NCBI GenBank assembly: GCA_963667175.2
Contig: CAXXXF010000010.1
Coordinates: forward strand, 29,343 to 93,342
Direction of reading: 5' to 3'
DNA: 64,000 nucleotides
Source: Candidatus Latescibacterota bacterium
Lineage (GTDB): Bacteria > Latescibacterota > UBA2968 > GCA-2709665
Shown: positions 23,301 to 33,693 of the stretch, piece after piece
Layout: each line of letters starts with the position of its first letter
Position numbering within the stretch: position 1 is the first letter of the stretch
Notes under the pieces: generated by a model
What the model was told of the DNA's origin: nothing
The model's database searches: none
What the model saw: the letters and a program-made list of their open reading frames with translations, nothing else
Made by a program: the position numbers and the translations under genes

Positions 23301-24644
23301 CTGCTGGGGCCCACAACCGCGTCCGCAATCGCATGCGATATGGGCCTGCCCATACAGAGGATCGACCAGGCGCTCGCCGCGCTCGAGACCGAGGGCTTCG
23401 CGATCAGGGGCCACTTCTCGCCGGACCTGCCACCCGACGCGGAAACGGAATGGTGCGAGCGCCGCCTGCTCGCGCGAATCCACAGATATACGCTCGAAAA
23501 GCTGCGCCGGGCAATCAAGCCCATTTCTTCCGCCGATTACGTGCGATTTCTGCTCCGCTGGCACGGCCTGACGGAAGGCACGCGGAAAGAGGGCGCCGAA
23601 GCGCTCAACGACGTTCTGGACCAGCTCGACGGATTTTCCTGCCCGGCCATCGCGTGGGAGAGCGACGTCCTGCCTTCGCGCATCAAGGACTATGACCATC
23701 AATGGCTGGACGCTTGTTGTCTGTCGGGAAAAACCACGTGGGGCCGGTATCTGAGGACGCAAAGCGTCAGGGCCGGGAACACCCCCATTCGCACCACGCC
23801 GATCACCCTGGTCAACCGGGCCACGTTCGCGGCCTGGCCGTTCCGCCCTTCGGAGTCCTGTGATCCTGTGCTGACGCCGTCCGCGCAACGGGTGCTCGAA
23901 TGTCTGGAGGCCGGCGGCGCCCTGTTCTACAGCGACGTCATAGCCCGGTCGAAAATGCTAAAGAGCGAAGTAGAGAGCGCCATTGCCGAGCTGGTGGCGG
24001 CCGGATTGCTCACGTGCGACAGCTTTGCAGGATTACGGGCGCTTCTGATACCCGAGAAATTCAAGGTGCGGTCCCGTCGGAACCGGGGGCCCGTCTTCGG
24101 CATGGAGCAGGCCGGCCGGTGGTCCGTGATCCGGGCTGAAACCGAAGACCCCGCCGATATCGAACAGTGCGCGCGGATTCTGCTGAAACGTTACGGGGTT
24201 GTGTTCCGCCGGGTACTGGCACGGGAGAATGGTATACCGCCGTGGCGCGACCTGGTGCGGGTATTGAGGCGAATGGAGGACCGGGGGGAGGTACGGGGAG
24301 GCCGATTCGTGGAACGATGGGGAGAGCAGTACGCGCTCCCGGAGGCGGTCACCGTCATCCGGTCGCTCAAGCGGGAAAAGAAGCGGGGCGAACTCGTGTC
24401 GGTCAGCGCCTGCGATCCGGTCAATCTGGTCGGAATCGTGACGCCGGGCAAGCGACTCCCGGCCACGCCGGGAAACCGGATCCTGTACCGTGACGGGGAA
24501 CCCGTTGCCAGGTACGAAGGCAAAACTGTTCACTTTGAGACCAAGCTTGACGCCGAAACGGCCTGGACGCTGGAGAAGAGCCTGATACGAAAACACGTTC
24601 CGCCCAAACTCAGGGAATACCTGGGCAAAATCGCGGTACCTTAA
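20313..24644 (+). CDS. lhr: Lhr-family ATP-dependent helicase (long form)
   Basis: APTGSGKT, SPLKAL, TTPESL, DEIH, SATQ, HHGS, LELGID, QRVGRSGH; C-terminal RYGVVFR..RGGRFV..GEQYA. Confidence 0.9.
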   Translation: MSVENFHPAVGQWFNQNFSGPSEIQSLAWPEIGNRRDVLLSAPTGSGKTLAAFLAVLNDLFERCLDGTLEDRTQVVYVSPLKALSNDIHRNLQLPLKGIKALLEQNGCPDVDVRAMVRTGDTPSAERAKMVRTPPHVLVTTPESLYLLLTSNGGREMLSDAGTLIVDEIHAVAGNKRGAHLSISMERLARLSRNPLHRIGISATQKPIDRMARYLTGGAESCAVLNIGHKRELELEIELPESPLTAVMANEVWEEIHQSLESTIAQHQTTLIFVPTRAMTERLSHHLSERLGPEVVSAHHGSMSREKRLDAETRLKAGALRALVATGSLELGIDVGSIDLVVQIGSPKAIATLLQRVGRSGHTLEGTPRGKLVPLTRDELVEAVALLDSVRRGELDSLPLPRKPLDVLAQQVVAEVACEDNTADALYDLVRKSFIYRDLSREEFNGVIQMLVDGFTFRRGTRRSYLHFNPVTQTLRAKKGARLNATVSGGTIPDQFDYDVRLEPSGVQIGSVHEDFAVESLPGDIFQLGTASWRILKVETGKVRVEDADGLPPTMPFWIGEAPGRSAELSTAVSRIREEVSARIDLDELDDDGSGEWKRDAAAWLTDDVGTTSEAADQVVTYLAATKASLDLVPSQKHIVLERFFDEVGDQHLVIHSVFGNRLNRAWGLALRKRFCRKFNFELQAAANEESLVLSLGPTHSFPLKEVVDYLNDRTVREVLVQALLDAPMFQARWRWNASTALAVLRRRGGERVPPQIQRSDAEDLLALIFPDQLACLENIPGDREAPDHPLVYQTIHDCLHEAMDVDALEGLLQRIHTGEIDVSARDLREPSPMSESILNARPYAFLDDAPLEERRVQAVRTRRRLEPEDARKLGKLEKGAIEAVQAEAWPAVTDADELYDVLVMHGFLTDREISEGGDRTWRPFLSSLVESGQAAPVERANGPKLWIAVERIPQLKVLYAEAVKGSETAVHDSIREFSSEDPEQVLTDVIRGRIELLGPTTASAIACDMGLPIQRIDQALAALETEGFAIRGHFSPDLPPDAETEWCERRLLARIHRYTLEKLRRAIKPISSADYVRFLLRWHGLTEGTRKEGAEALNDVLDQLDGFSCPAIAWESDVLPSRIKDYDHQWLDACCLSGKTTWGRYLRTQSVRAGNTPIRTTPITLVNRATFAAWPFRPSESCDPVLTPSAQRVLECLEAGGALFYSDVIARSKMLKSEVESAIAELVAAGLLTCDSFAGLRALLIPEKFKVRSRRNRGPVFGMEQAGRWSVIRAETEDPADIEQCARILLKRYGVVFRRVLARENGIPPWRDLVRVLRRMEDRGEVRGGRFVERWGEQYALPEAVTVIRSLKREKKRGELVSVSACDPVNLVGIVTPGKRLPATPGNRILYRDGEPVARYEGKTVHFETKLDAETAWTLEKSLIRKHVPPKLREYLGKIAVP

Positions 24645-24975
24645 GGCGCTATCGTCTACTCGGAAAACAACGTTACAAACCACGAAACTCGCGAAAAATA
24701 ACGAATAAACCGTGGCTGAAATCAACTGCCACAAGAGGCGCAAAACCACATTATTGTACGTCAGCCTGGCAATGCGACGATTTTCATCACGATGTGCGCC
24801 CCAAAGGGGCAATGACAACTGTATTTCGATCTTCCGTAAGACGCCCTCGAGCGAATCGTTGGTTCAGACGTCATGCCGCGGGCGGATTGCGAAAAGTCGA
24901 TTTCTTTGGGCGGAAAACAACAAATCCCTTATATTAAGAAAAATATGTGTGGCAATTCACGATACTTGAGCCTAC

Positions 24976-25518
24976 ATGCGAAACCGTAAACCGAGGGCTG
25001 CCGATTTCGTTCGTCTCCGGGGCTGTGTACGACCCGCAACCGCACATGAGACGCGCGAGCGCGCGGAACGCGGTCGCGAGTGGAAGCGGCTCAGAGAACA
25101 GGGCGTTTGCCATACCTGTCACTACATCGCCGGAGGAGAAGCAACGTCGAACTCGGACGGCGCACTGTTGTTCGAAAACGACCGCTGTTTCGCGATCCTC
25201 GAGCAATACCCGCGTGGACTTGGCCACACGATCCTCATCGCCAAACCCCACGTCCCGGACATCGCCGGGCTCTCGGACGAGTTCGGGTCGGAATTGATGA
25301 CGGTCATGCTCCAACTGACCCGTGCTCTGAAATCGGTTACCGGCTGCGACAAGGTCTATCAGGTCACCATGTGTTCCGGGCCGCTGTCCCATCTCCACTT
25401 TCAGCTGATACCGAGGCTCCCCGGCGAACCGATCGGCGGCGGCGTCTTCTCGAGCGAACGCAAATATCTGGCTTCTCCGGGACCGCTGGCGGACGCCGTC
25501 AGGGCGGCGTTCGACTGA
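24976..25518 (+). CDS. HIT family protein
   Basis: CHTC, GHTILIAKPH, HLHFQLIPR (HIT motif, third His replaced by Q). Confidence 0.8.
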   Translation: MRNRKPRAADFVRLRGCVRPATAHETRERAERGREWKRLREQGVCHTCHYIAGGEATSNSDGALLFENDRCFAILEQYPRGLGHTILIAKPHVPDIAGLSDEFGSELMTVMLQLTRALKSVTGCDKVYQVTMCSGPLSHLHFQLIPRLPGEPIGGGVFSSERKYLASPGPLADAVRAAFD

Positions 25519-25707
25519 GCGGAGGGTCGTGAACGTAACGTGACGCAAGTATAATCAGCAAGCCCGACGGCGGGAGATTTCAAGAAAACAGCGCGCCGCT
25601 GACTCCCACGGAACCGGGTCAAAATTGAGACTCGCAGGATTTTCCCATTATCGTCCATTCTCCACGTACAAGCCGCAGAACCGCCTTCAAACGCAAGGAG
25701 TGAACGT

Positions 25708-28590
25708 ATGTCATCCGTAAGATCCGCATTGACCCTTCTGCTATGCTTCGTCACGCCTGCCTTCGCCCAGGGCGCGGGTTCCATCAAGGGAGAGATCACC
25801 GGTGACGACGGGGCCCCTCTTTTCGGCGCCAACGTCATCGTCCAGGGTTCCGCGCTTTCCGGTCCACTGACCGTGGTGTCGGACGAGAACGGGAAGTACG
25901 AGGCCGGGAATCTCCCGGACGGCGTCTATGAAGTTTCGGTATCATTTGTCGGATACGAGACCGCCACCCGAAGCAACGTTCGCATTTCCGACGGCGGCGA
26001 GGTCAATCTGGACGTCAGCCTCGCGGTCGAGGTCCTCCACGGTGACCAGATCGTTGTCTCCGCGTCCCGCCGGCCCGAGAAAGTCCTGGATGCGCCGGCA
26101 TCGGTCTCGGTTGTCGGGACCGATGACGTCAACGCTCAGCGCGGATTGAGCACCGCGAATTACATCGTGGGGCTTGCGGGCGTGGACAACGCGCAGACCG
26201 GACTGTTCCAGGGCAATACCGTGGCGCGCGGCTTCAACAACGTCTTCTCCGGCACGCTGCTTACCCTGGTGGACAACCGAATTTCACGCGTGCCTTCCCT
26301 GCGATTCAACGCGCATCACTTCATTCCCATTACGAACCACGACGTCGACCGGGTCGAGGTCGTCCTTGGCCCCGGGTCCGCGCTTTACGGTCCCAACAGC
26401 GCAAACGGCGTGATGCACGTCATCACCCGGTCGCCCTTCGGCTCCGAAGGCACCTCCGTGAGCGTCATGGGCGGCGAACGCGACCTGCGGAAACTCTCCT
26501 TCCGCCACGCCGCCACGACGGACAAAGTGGGCGTCAAACTCTCCGGTCAGTACTTTTCCGGAACGGACTGGGAATTCGAAGACCCGGAAGAGGTGCGGCT
26601 GCGCGGCAGGAATCCCAGAGACTACGACACGAACCGCATCAGCGGGGAACTGCGACTCGACGTTCGTCCAACCGAGGAGTTCACGGCCATTTTTTCCACC
26701 GGCTTCGCCCGGATCAACAGCATTGAAATGACCGGCATCGGCGCGGGTCAGGCCGACGGGTGGACCAATTTCTCCCTCCAGGGTCGGCTGCTCTTCAAGG
26801 ACGTCTTCATTCAGGCCTTTCACAACGGCAGCGACGCCCGGGACACCAAGCTTCTGCGGACCAATGAACCCATCGTGGACAAGTCCTCCTTTACGGTCCT
26901 TCAGGCCCAGCACAGCCTGAGCTTCGGCGGCCGAAACCGGATTACCTACGGCGTAGACGGTCTGTTCACCCGCCCGAATACCGGAGGGACCATAACCGGT
27001 TCCAATGAAACCCGAGACAATATCGACGAATACGGGGTTTACGCGCAAGGGGAGAGCACGCTTAACGAGTATCTGACCCTGGTGGCGGCCGCCCGGTACG
27101 ACGACCACAACCACGTTGACGAGCGCGTTTTCTCGCCAAGGGCCGCCGTCGTTGTCAAACCCCACCCTCTGCAGACCTTCCGGCTGACGTATAACCGGGC
27201 GTTCAGCACGCCTTCCACAAGCAACTTCTTTCTGGACATTGCCCAGGCCAGAGACGCGTTCGGCACCGGTCGTGGCTTTCAACCGGTTCTGGGATTCAGC
27301 CCCAGTTTCGACGTCCGTGCGCAGGGCACTGAGGATGGATTTACATGGAGCCGGGACGCCGGGGGCGTTCCCACTTTCCGTTCGCCATTCGCCCAGGTCA
27401 CCGGCCTGTCGCCTTCACACCAGATCGGGATGAACGACGCGAGGTTCAGCAACGTCATGTGGGGAATCGGTCGAAGCGCCGTCATGGCCGCCGCGCTTCC
27501 ATCCCTGAAGCAACTTGCAGCGGCAGTGATTTCGGGACAGCTCGCTGCCGCAGGGGTTCCGGCGGAACAGATTCCGGCCATGGCGGCCCAGCAGGCGGAG
27601 GGACTGGCAGTCGCGTTTCAGAATCTCATACCGAAGACCCTGCCGGGCCTCCGGAATACCCTCCGGGTTCTGAATCCATCGACGGGCGCCTTCGATCCGG
27701 TACCCGACCTGGGCGCTTCGACCATACGCGATATTGACAAAATCAGACCCACGATTACGGAAACCTACGAGGTGGGCTACAAGGGCGTCTTCGGCAACCG
27801 GTTCGCCATTTCGGCGGACGTGTACCGTACCCGCACCCACGACTTCGTGGCGCCATTGCGCGTGGAAACGCCGAACGTCTTCCTGGATCCGGACGCGCTC
27901 GCGGCCTCGCTGTCCGCCGCTCTCACCCAGGCCCTGCAGGACCCCTCAGCGGCGCTTCTGGCCGCAGCCCTCGGCGTCCTCGACGCGCCGGAACAGGGCG
28001 GCAACGGCAATAACACGCCGATAGATGAAATCACCCGACTCTTCGTGGCCGGCACAAATGACAACGGCGCGTCCTTCATCCCCTTCGGCACCGTTTCACC
28101 CCTGCAAGCTTCCGACCCCCACGCGGTCATGTTGACCTATCGTAACTTCGGCGACGTGGATTTCTACGGCTTCGACGTCAGCTTTGCATACTACGCCGAC
28201 GAAACGTGGACCTTCTCGGGCAGTTACTCACACGTCAACAAGGACCTCTTCAAGAATCTGGCCGGCATTGCGGATATCGCGCTCAACGCGCCTCGAAACA
28301 AATTCACCCTGGGCGCGAAGGCCAATATGCAGGATGCCGGGGTCCGGATCGGATTCCGCCTGCGCGGACGCAGCGGATTCCCGATGAACTCCGGCGTCTA
28401 CATCGGCGACGTCAAGTCCTCCCTGATCTTCGATGCCAACGTGAGGTACGAACTGCCGTCCATGATCACGGACGGGACCGTCGCGCTCGTCGTGAACGCT
28501 ACCAATATGTTCAACCAGAAGCATCGCGAATTCGTCGGCGCTCCCGAGATCGGCCGCCTCCTTTCGGTCGGCCTGACGGCCGATTTTTAG
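25708..28590 (+). CDS. TonB-dependent receptor
   Basis: Signal peptide, carboxypeptidase-like N-domain, plug (VVSASRRPEKVLDAP; VEVVLGPGSALYG), C-terminal F. Confidence 0.92.
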   Translation: MSSVRSALTLLLCFVTPAFAQGAGSIKGEITGDDGAPLFGANVIVQGSALSGPLTVVSDENGKYEAGNLPDGVYEVSVSFVGYETATRSNVRISDGGEVNLDVSLAVEVLHGDQIVVSASRRPEKVLDAPASVSVVGTDDVNAQRGLSTANYIVGLAGVDNAQTGLFQGNTVARGFNNVFSGTLLTLVDNRISRVPSLRFNAHHFIPITNHDVDRVEVVLGPGSALYGPNSANGVMHVITRSPFGSEGTSVSVMGGERDLRKLSFRHAATTDKVGVKLSGQYFSGTDWEFEDPEEVRLRGRNPRDYDTNRISGELRLDVRPTEEFTAIFSTGFARINSIEMTGIGAGQADGWTNFSLQGRLLFKDVFIQAFHNGSDARDTKLLRTNEPIVDKSSFTVLQAQHSLSFGGRNRITYGVDGLFTRPNTGGTITGSNETRDNIDEYGVYAQGESTLNEYLTLVAAARYDDHNHVDERVFSPRAAVVVKPHPLQTFRLTYNRAFSTPSTSNFFLDIAQARDAFGTGRGFQPVLGFSPSFDVRAQGTEDGFTWSRDAGGVPTFRSPFAQVTGLSPSHQIGMNDARFSNVMWGIGRSAVMAAALPSLKQLAAAVISGQLAAAGVPAEQIPAMAAQQAEGLAVAFQNLIPKTLPGLRNTLRVLNPSTGAFDPVPDLGASTIRDIDKIRPTITETYEVGYKGVFGNRFAISADVYRTRTHDFVAPLRVETPNVFLDPDALAASLSAALTQALQDPSAALLAAALGVLDAPEQGGNGNNTPIDEITRLFVAGTNDNGASFIPFGTVSPLQASDPHAVMLTYRNFGDVDFYGFDVSFAYYADETWTFSGSYSHVNKDLFKNLAGIADIALNAPRNKFTLGAKANMQDAGVRIGFRLRGRSGFPMNSGVYIGDVKSSLIFDANVRYELPSMITDGTVALVVNATNMFNQKHREFVGAPEIGRLLSVGLTADF

Positions 28591-28799
28591 GCGATAGGGA
28601 TTCAGCTCTCATCAGGCGGTTAGCGATACGGCCAGGCGAGATCGTTCAGAGATGGTTTTTTCAACGTAGGGGCGACCGGCCGGTCGCCCCTACAAATTTA
28701 ACCGCGGCGATGTCAGGCGTTTTTTACACGCTCGATCCGCATTCGTAGGGGGCGACCCTTTTGGTCGCCCCCACGCAGTTCGGAAGGGTTCACGCGCTC

Positions 28800-30080
28800 T
28801 TGAACAGAATTGACAAAAAGACCATCGCGTCCTGGGCAATGTACGATTTTGCCAACTCCGCCTTCACCACCCTCGTGGTTACCTTCATCTATTCCACGTA
28901 CTTTGTAAAATCCGTCGCGCCAGACGAAATCATCGGTACCACGCTTTGGTCCCGAGGCATTACGTTCTCCGCGCTGGCCGTTGCTTTGTTCTCGCCTTTT
29001 GCGGGCGCCCTGGCGGACCGGGGCGGGTACCGGAAGGGTTTCCTTCTCATCGCTACGGTGACTGCAGTCACCGCTACCGCCGGTCTCTACACGGCCCTCC
29101 CGGGACAGGTTGTCAAGGCTCTGATCTGGTTCGTCGTGGCGAATTTCGCCTTTGATATGGGAGGCGTCTTCTATAACGCGTTTCTTCCTGACGTCGCGCC
29201 GCGGAAATACATCGGTCGTGTCTCGGGGTACGGCTGGGGCCTGGGGTATATCGGCGGCCTGATGGCCATGGGCGTCGCCATGGTCGGATTCGTCAGTCCC
29301 GAAACCCCGTGGTTCGGTTTCACAAAGGAGGCCGGCGTCAACATCCGCGCAACCAATCTGCTGGTTGCCGCGTGGTTCGCCGTATTCAGCATTCCCATCT
29401 TCCTCTGGGTCAGAGAAAAGAAGGCCCCCGTCACTCAAGTACGGGGACTCCTGGCTTCCACCTATCGCCAGCTCGTCCGGACGTTCCGGGAGGCCAGGCA
29501 ATATAAGGAAATCCTCAAGTTGCTTATCGCCCGCCTGGTTTATAACGACGGACTCATCACCATCTTCGCGTTCGGCGGCATTTACGCGGCGAGCGTCTTC
29601 GGTTTCACCTTTACCGAAATCATGGTCTTCGGAATTGTCCTGAACGTCGCGGCTGGAATCGGCGCTTTTGCAATGGGTTTCATGGACGATCTATTGGGCG
29701 GCAAACGCACCATTCAGGTCAGCCTCGTGTTTCTCTTCCTCGCGACGCTGCTGGCCGTATTCACCCACAGCAAGACCGTCTTCTGGATTTCCGGCATCAT
29801 GGCCGGGTTTTTTGCGGGTCCGAACCAGTCGGCCAGCCGTTCGCTACTGGGTCGATTCGTTCCGAGGGAGAAGGAAAACGAGTTTTTCGGTCTATTCGCA
29901 TTTTCGGGAAAAGCCACGGCCTTCCTCGGTCCTCTCGCCCTGGGCGAACTCACTCGCGTCTTTCAGTCCCAGCGCGCGGGCATCTCGATCGTCGCCGTGC
30001 TTTTCGCGGCCGGCGGCGTGATTCTGAGGTGGGTCGACGAAAAGGAAGGCGTCCGCGCCGCCGGCCGGCCCGACCATTGA
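28800..30080 (+). CDS. MFS transporter (UMF1/ATG22-like)
   Basis: WAMYDFANSAF, FYNAFLPD, GWGLGYIGG, GPNQSASRS; upstream ORF-track start lies inside a REP. Confidence 0.9.
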   Translation: MNRIDKKTIASWAMYDFANSAFTTLVVTFIYSTYFVKSVAPDEIIGTTLWSRGITFSALAVALFSPFAGALADRGGYRKGFLLIATVTAVTATAGLYTALPGQVVKALIWFVVANFAFDMGGVFYNAFLPDVAPRKYIGRVSGYGWGLGYIGGLMAMGVAMVGFVSPETPWFGFTKEAGVNIRATNLLVAAWFAVFSIPIFLWVREKKAPVTQVRGLLASTYRQLVRTFREARQYKEILKLLIARLVYNDGLITIFAFGGIYAASVFGFTFTEIMVFGIVLNVAAGIGAFAMGFMDDLLGGKRTIQVSLVFLFLATLLAVFTHSKTVFWISGIMAGFFAGPNQSASRSLLGRFVPREKENEFFGLFAFSGKATAFLGPLALGELTRVFQSQRAGISIVAVLFAAGGVILRWVDEKEGVRAAGRPDH

Positions 30081-30191
30081 ATCGAAATCAAAAGGGGCAA
30101 CGCGTGCGTTGCCCCTGCGAAGCAGAGGGCAATCCATCTGACGCGATACGCGGCGCTTCCCATCGCCAATGACGAATCCGTCGGGGAACCC

Positions 30192-31022
30192 TTATTCCGG
30201 CGCCACCGCCCATGCCGTCACGTGGGGCGGGAGCATGAACGCGCGTTTTGTCGCCACCACCTCGTTTCGCAGCCTGTCTGACAGCGTATCCAGATCGACC
30301 TTCTCGGCGGTTGCGATCCCGAACTCTTCGATCAGCGGAACAAGGCTGCGAAATGCTTCCACGACGAACTGGTACCCCGGCCAGTCCTCCGGCCCTCCAA
30401 CCGGCGCAGCGAGATCCATCGCCGGCGCCGGCAGTCCCGCGTCTACAAACGCGCCGTACAGGTTGAGTCCCATCTCAGTGTGGGCGCCGGATCGTTCGAA
30501 TACCGCGATGGCCCATTCGATCAGGTCGTTCGCCACCGGCGTGTCGGACCGCTTGTGATAGTAGCTGAAATCGGCCTCCTGGAACGCCACGATCCCACCC
30601 GGGCGCAGCCGGGTTGTCAACTGTCTCAGGGCTTCCGCGGGGTCGCCCATATACATCAGCACCAGCCTGCCGACAAGCGCGTCAAAGTCGCTTCCCACGT
30701 CCAGGGTCCGCGCGTCGCCCGTCCTGAATTCGACGTTCGAGAAGCCCGCGCCGCGCGCCCGTTCCCGCGCGGTGTCGATAATGGCCGGATTGACGTCCAC
30801 GCCCACGACTTTTCCAGCGGGTCCGACCAGATCGGCCGCCGTCATGGAGACGTCGCCGGGGCCGCAGCCGATATCGAGCACCTTCATCCCCGTCCCTACG
30901 CCCGCTTCATTCAAGAAACGTCGGGTGATGGCGTCGTACAGCTGCGACTGATGAATCAACCGCTCCTCTTCCCCCTTGCTGCGCCCCATCGTGTATCTCG
31001 GGTCGCTGTTACGTTCGGTCAT
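30192..31022 (-). CDS. Class I SAM-dependent methyltransferase
   Basis: VLDIGCGPG, GVDVN, FDALVGRLVLMY, LRPGG. Confidence 0.9.
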   Translation of the reverse strand: MTERNSDPRYTMGRSKGEEERLIHQSQLYDAITRRFLNEAGVGTGMKVLDIGCGPGDVSMTAADLVGPAGKVVGVDVNPAIIDTARERARGAGFSNVEFRTGDARTLDVGSDFDALVGRLVLMYMGDPAEALRQLTTRLRPGGIVAFQEADFSYYHKRSDTPVANDLIEWAIAVFERSGAHTEMGLNLYGAFVDAGLPAPAMDLAAPVGGPEDWPGYQFVVEAFRSLVPLIEEFGIATAEKVDLDTLSDRLRNEVVATKRAFMLPPHVTAWAVAPE

Positions 31023-31993
31023 AAGGCTCCTCCATAGGCGGGTTTTCTGGTTTTTTCGACCGGATTTTGCGGTTTCCGTAAATTGCGGTCCGGGAGTTCC
31101 ACGTATTCGATTTCGAGCGGCTGCTTGATGCGTCGCTTCAGTTCCAGGAGATCCGGCCGTCCATCCGGAAGATCCTTGATCATCTCGCCATCCGGATAAA
31201 TGGTGGCGGTTGTGGTCTTTCCCATGAACCCCTTCTTCGACGTCGCGCGGACAATCTGAAGACCGTCGTTCGACGTCGTCATGCGTGTGTGAACGAACCG
31301 CGCATTGCCGATGATGCGAAAAATAAACCCCAACAAGCCTGTGGTCGGGCGCCCCCGGATTCCGCTAATCCTGTCGCATGCAAACCAATCTCCAAGATCC
31401 AACAATCGATAGGACATCGATCGATGATTGGTCACCTTGAGATGGGGCGTCGAGAGCGTATCCAGGAAGGTATACCGGTCAGGCGCTCCAGGCTGGTTCT
31501 CCCACCAGATGCGGACGTTCAACGCAAACCTGGGCTCCGGACCCTCGATTACTTTTCTTATAATCCGGTCCCTTCGATATTCCACTTCCATATTCTGTTT
31601 GTGTTCAAAGGCCAGCCGCGCGTACAGCGGCATTTCGTCGTCCGTGAGTCCGGTCGCCGCCATAAACGCCCGAAACCAATCCTCCGAATCGATAAACAGC
31701 GGCCCTCCACGCGGGTCACGCTCCCACGCCAGACGCGAAAGACGGAAGATCACCTCCCATTGGAACCGGGCGCCGTTCGTCGTCGCCGTCGGGTCGTAAT
31801 CGCCAGCCTGGCGCATCGCGTCCAGTATTTCCTTCCGGCTTACGATCTGGTACGCCGGTCCGGAAGCGCGCACTTCGCCACGCGTCGGCTGATTCGGCGA
31901 AAATAAACAGACGAGGACGGTTGCCAGGTTCAGTCCCCGAATGTACCGGCGTCTCGTCATATCGACAATGGATTGGCCTGACGGTCCGATCAA
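31019..31993 (-). CDS. Hypothetical, probably exported protein
   Basis: 324-aa ORF with signal-like N-terminus, overlaps the methyltransferase start by 4 nt. Confidence 0.6.
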   Translation of the reverse strand: MIGPSGQSIVDMTRRRYIRGLNLATVLVCLFSPNQPTRGEVRASGPAYQIVSRKEILDAMRQAGDYDPTATTNGARFQWEVIFRLSRLAWERDPRGGPLFIDSEDWFRAFMAATGLTDDEMPLYARLAFEHKQNMEVEYRRDRIIRKVIEGPEPRFALNVRIWWENQPGAPDRYTFLDTLSTPHLKVTNHRSMSYRLLDLGDWFACDRISGIRGRPTTGLLGFIFRIIGNARFVHTRMTTSNDGLQIVRATSKKGFMGKTTTATIYPDGEMIKDLPDGRPDLLELKRRIKQPLEIEYVELPDRNLRKPQNPVEKTRKPAYGGAL

Positions 31994-32138
31994 GTGCTCG
32001 CCCGCGCTACTTTGACCCGTGTTCGACCGTCACGGGACGTGGACGCGCGAGGACGATTCGCAGGATTCGGTGGCCCTGCTCCACCTCGCAATTTGACGGC
32101 GTCCTGGCGCGACGAGGCTCTTCGTGTGCTATCTTGCA

Positions 32139-32167
32139 ATATAAAGGGCGTCTGAAATGTTGTCAAG
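32139..32167 (-). promoter_or_regulatory. Sigma70-like promoter
   Basis: Minus strand TTGACA-17 bp-TATATT. Confidence 0.6.
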
Positions 32168-32435
32168 GTGTGGCAAGCTTAACGACCGCTGACCTTACCG
32201 GCGGCGGCCGACTGGTTCCGGCTTCCCGAAAAACCGTTGACAAGACTGTTGCCGAGGCGCAATTTGCCGTCGTATATTTCCTGCGGATAGCGCGGGTCTG
32301 GCAGCCGGGGGCGCTGTCAGTGTGTTCGTGGATCCTCCGCCGCCAAACCCGTCGTTAAACCGGACGTTATTGCAGTTCTACGGTCATTCGTCAGACATTC
32401 GACGTAATCGAATCTTCTGAAGGGACAGAAACGAA

Positions 32436-33380
32436 ATGACGGAACTCGTGAGGTACCCGGACAGCCGGGTCGAAGTGCTCGACGAAAGGTTTGCGAAGTA
32501 CAAACTTTCAACCGCCGCCATCGAAATGCTCTGGACCGGAGGCCGGTGGCTGGAAGGACCGGTGTGGTTCGGGGACGGGCGCTATCTGCTGTTCAGCGAT
32601 ATTCCCAACAACCGCATTCTCAGGTGGGAAGAAGAGACGGGAGACGTCTCGGTGTTCCGCAAGCCGTCGAACAATACGAACGGCAATACGCGCGACCGAC
32701 AGGGCCGGCTGGTTTCGTGCGAACACGACGCGCGGCGGGTCACCCGGACGGAATACGACGGTTCGATCACGGTTCTGATGGACCGTTTCGAGGGAAAGCC
32801 GCTGAACGCGCCGAACGACGTCGCTGTCAGATCGGACGGTTCGATCTGGTTCACGGACCCCGGTTACGGCATTCTGATGAACTATGAGGGGCACCGGGCC
32901 GAATTCGAGAACGACACCAACGTGTACCGGCTCGATCCGGAAACCGGCGAAGCCACCGTCGTGGCTTCAGACTTCCAGCGTCCCAACGGCCTGTGCTTCA
33001 GCCCCGACGAATCGCTGCTCTACATCGTGGACACCGGACGGTCGGACGGACCCGAATACCCCGCCCACGTCCGCGTGTTCGACGTGGATGGCGACCGGAT
33101 CACGAACGGCCGCGTGTTCGTCAACATGGAACCCGCCTCCGCGGACGGCATCCGAACCGACGTGGACGGCAACCTGTGGGCCGGCGCCTGCTGGGCGGGC
33201 GATGGCGCCGACGGCGTGCACTGCTTCGCGCCCGACGGCGCCCTCATCGGCAAGATCCACCTCCCCGCCCCCTGCGCGAACCTCTGCTTCGGCGGGGAAA
33301 AGAAGAACAGGCTGTTCATGACCTGCTCCCAATCGCTGTTCTCGGTCTACGTGGAAACGGTCGGGGCGCAGGCGCCGTGA
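32436..33380 (+). CDS. SMP-30/gluconolactonase family protein
   Basis: EGPVW, SDIPNN, NGN, PND, FTDP, PNGLCFSPDE, DGI..D..GNLW. Confidence 0.92.
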   Translation: MTELVRYPDSRVEVLDERFAKYKLSTAAIEMLWTGGRWLEGPVWFGDGRYLLFSDIPNNRILRWEEETGDVSVFRKPSNNTNGNTRDRQGRLVSCEHDARRVTRTEYDGSITVLMDRFEGKPLNAPNDVAVRSDGSIWFTDPGYGILMNYEGHRAEFENDTNVYRLDPETGEATVVASDFQRPNGLCFSPDESLLYIVDTGRSDGPEYPAHVRVFDVDGDRITNGRVFVNMEPASADGIRTDVDGNLWAGACWAGDGADGVHCFAPDGALIGKIHLPAPCANLCFGGEKKNRLFMTCSQSLFSVYVETVGAQAP

Positions 33381-33693
33381 GGCGGGGGAAGCACGGAGAA
33401 AGGATAGGGAAATCAGCGAGGGAGATGTGGCGAGAACGACCGAAGATTGCGCACCACCAAAAAAGGAGCCGTCCATTGAGGAAATGGGCGGCTGTTTGAG
33501 TTGGACAATGACACTGGATTGCCGAAACGCCGACAACTTGCGTGAATTAAAATCCGTACCTTCAATCGCAGTCGGCAAACAAAGGTCCTTACCAGACCAA
33601 CAGAAGTTCCACTCGCCAATTGGCGGCTTGCTGGCATGTAAAATGTGGACTCAGCGAAGCAATGGAATAATTCGTACTTGAAGCGAGGTGAAT

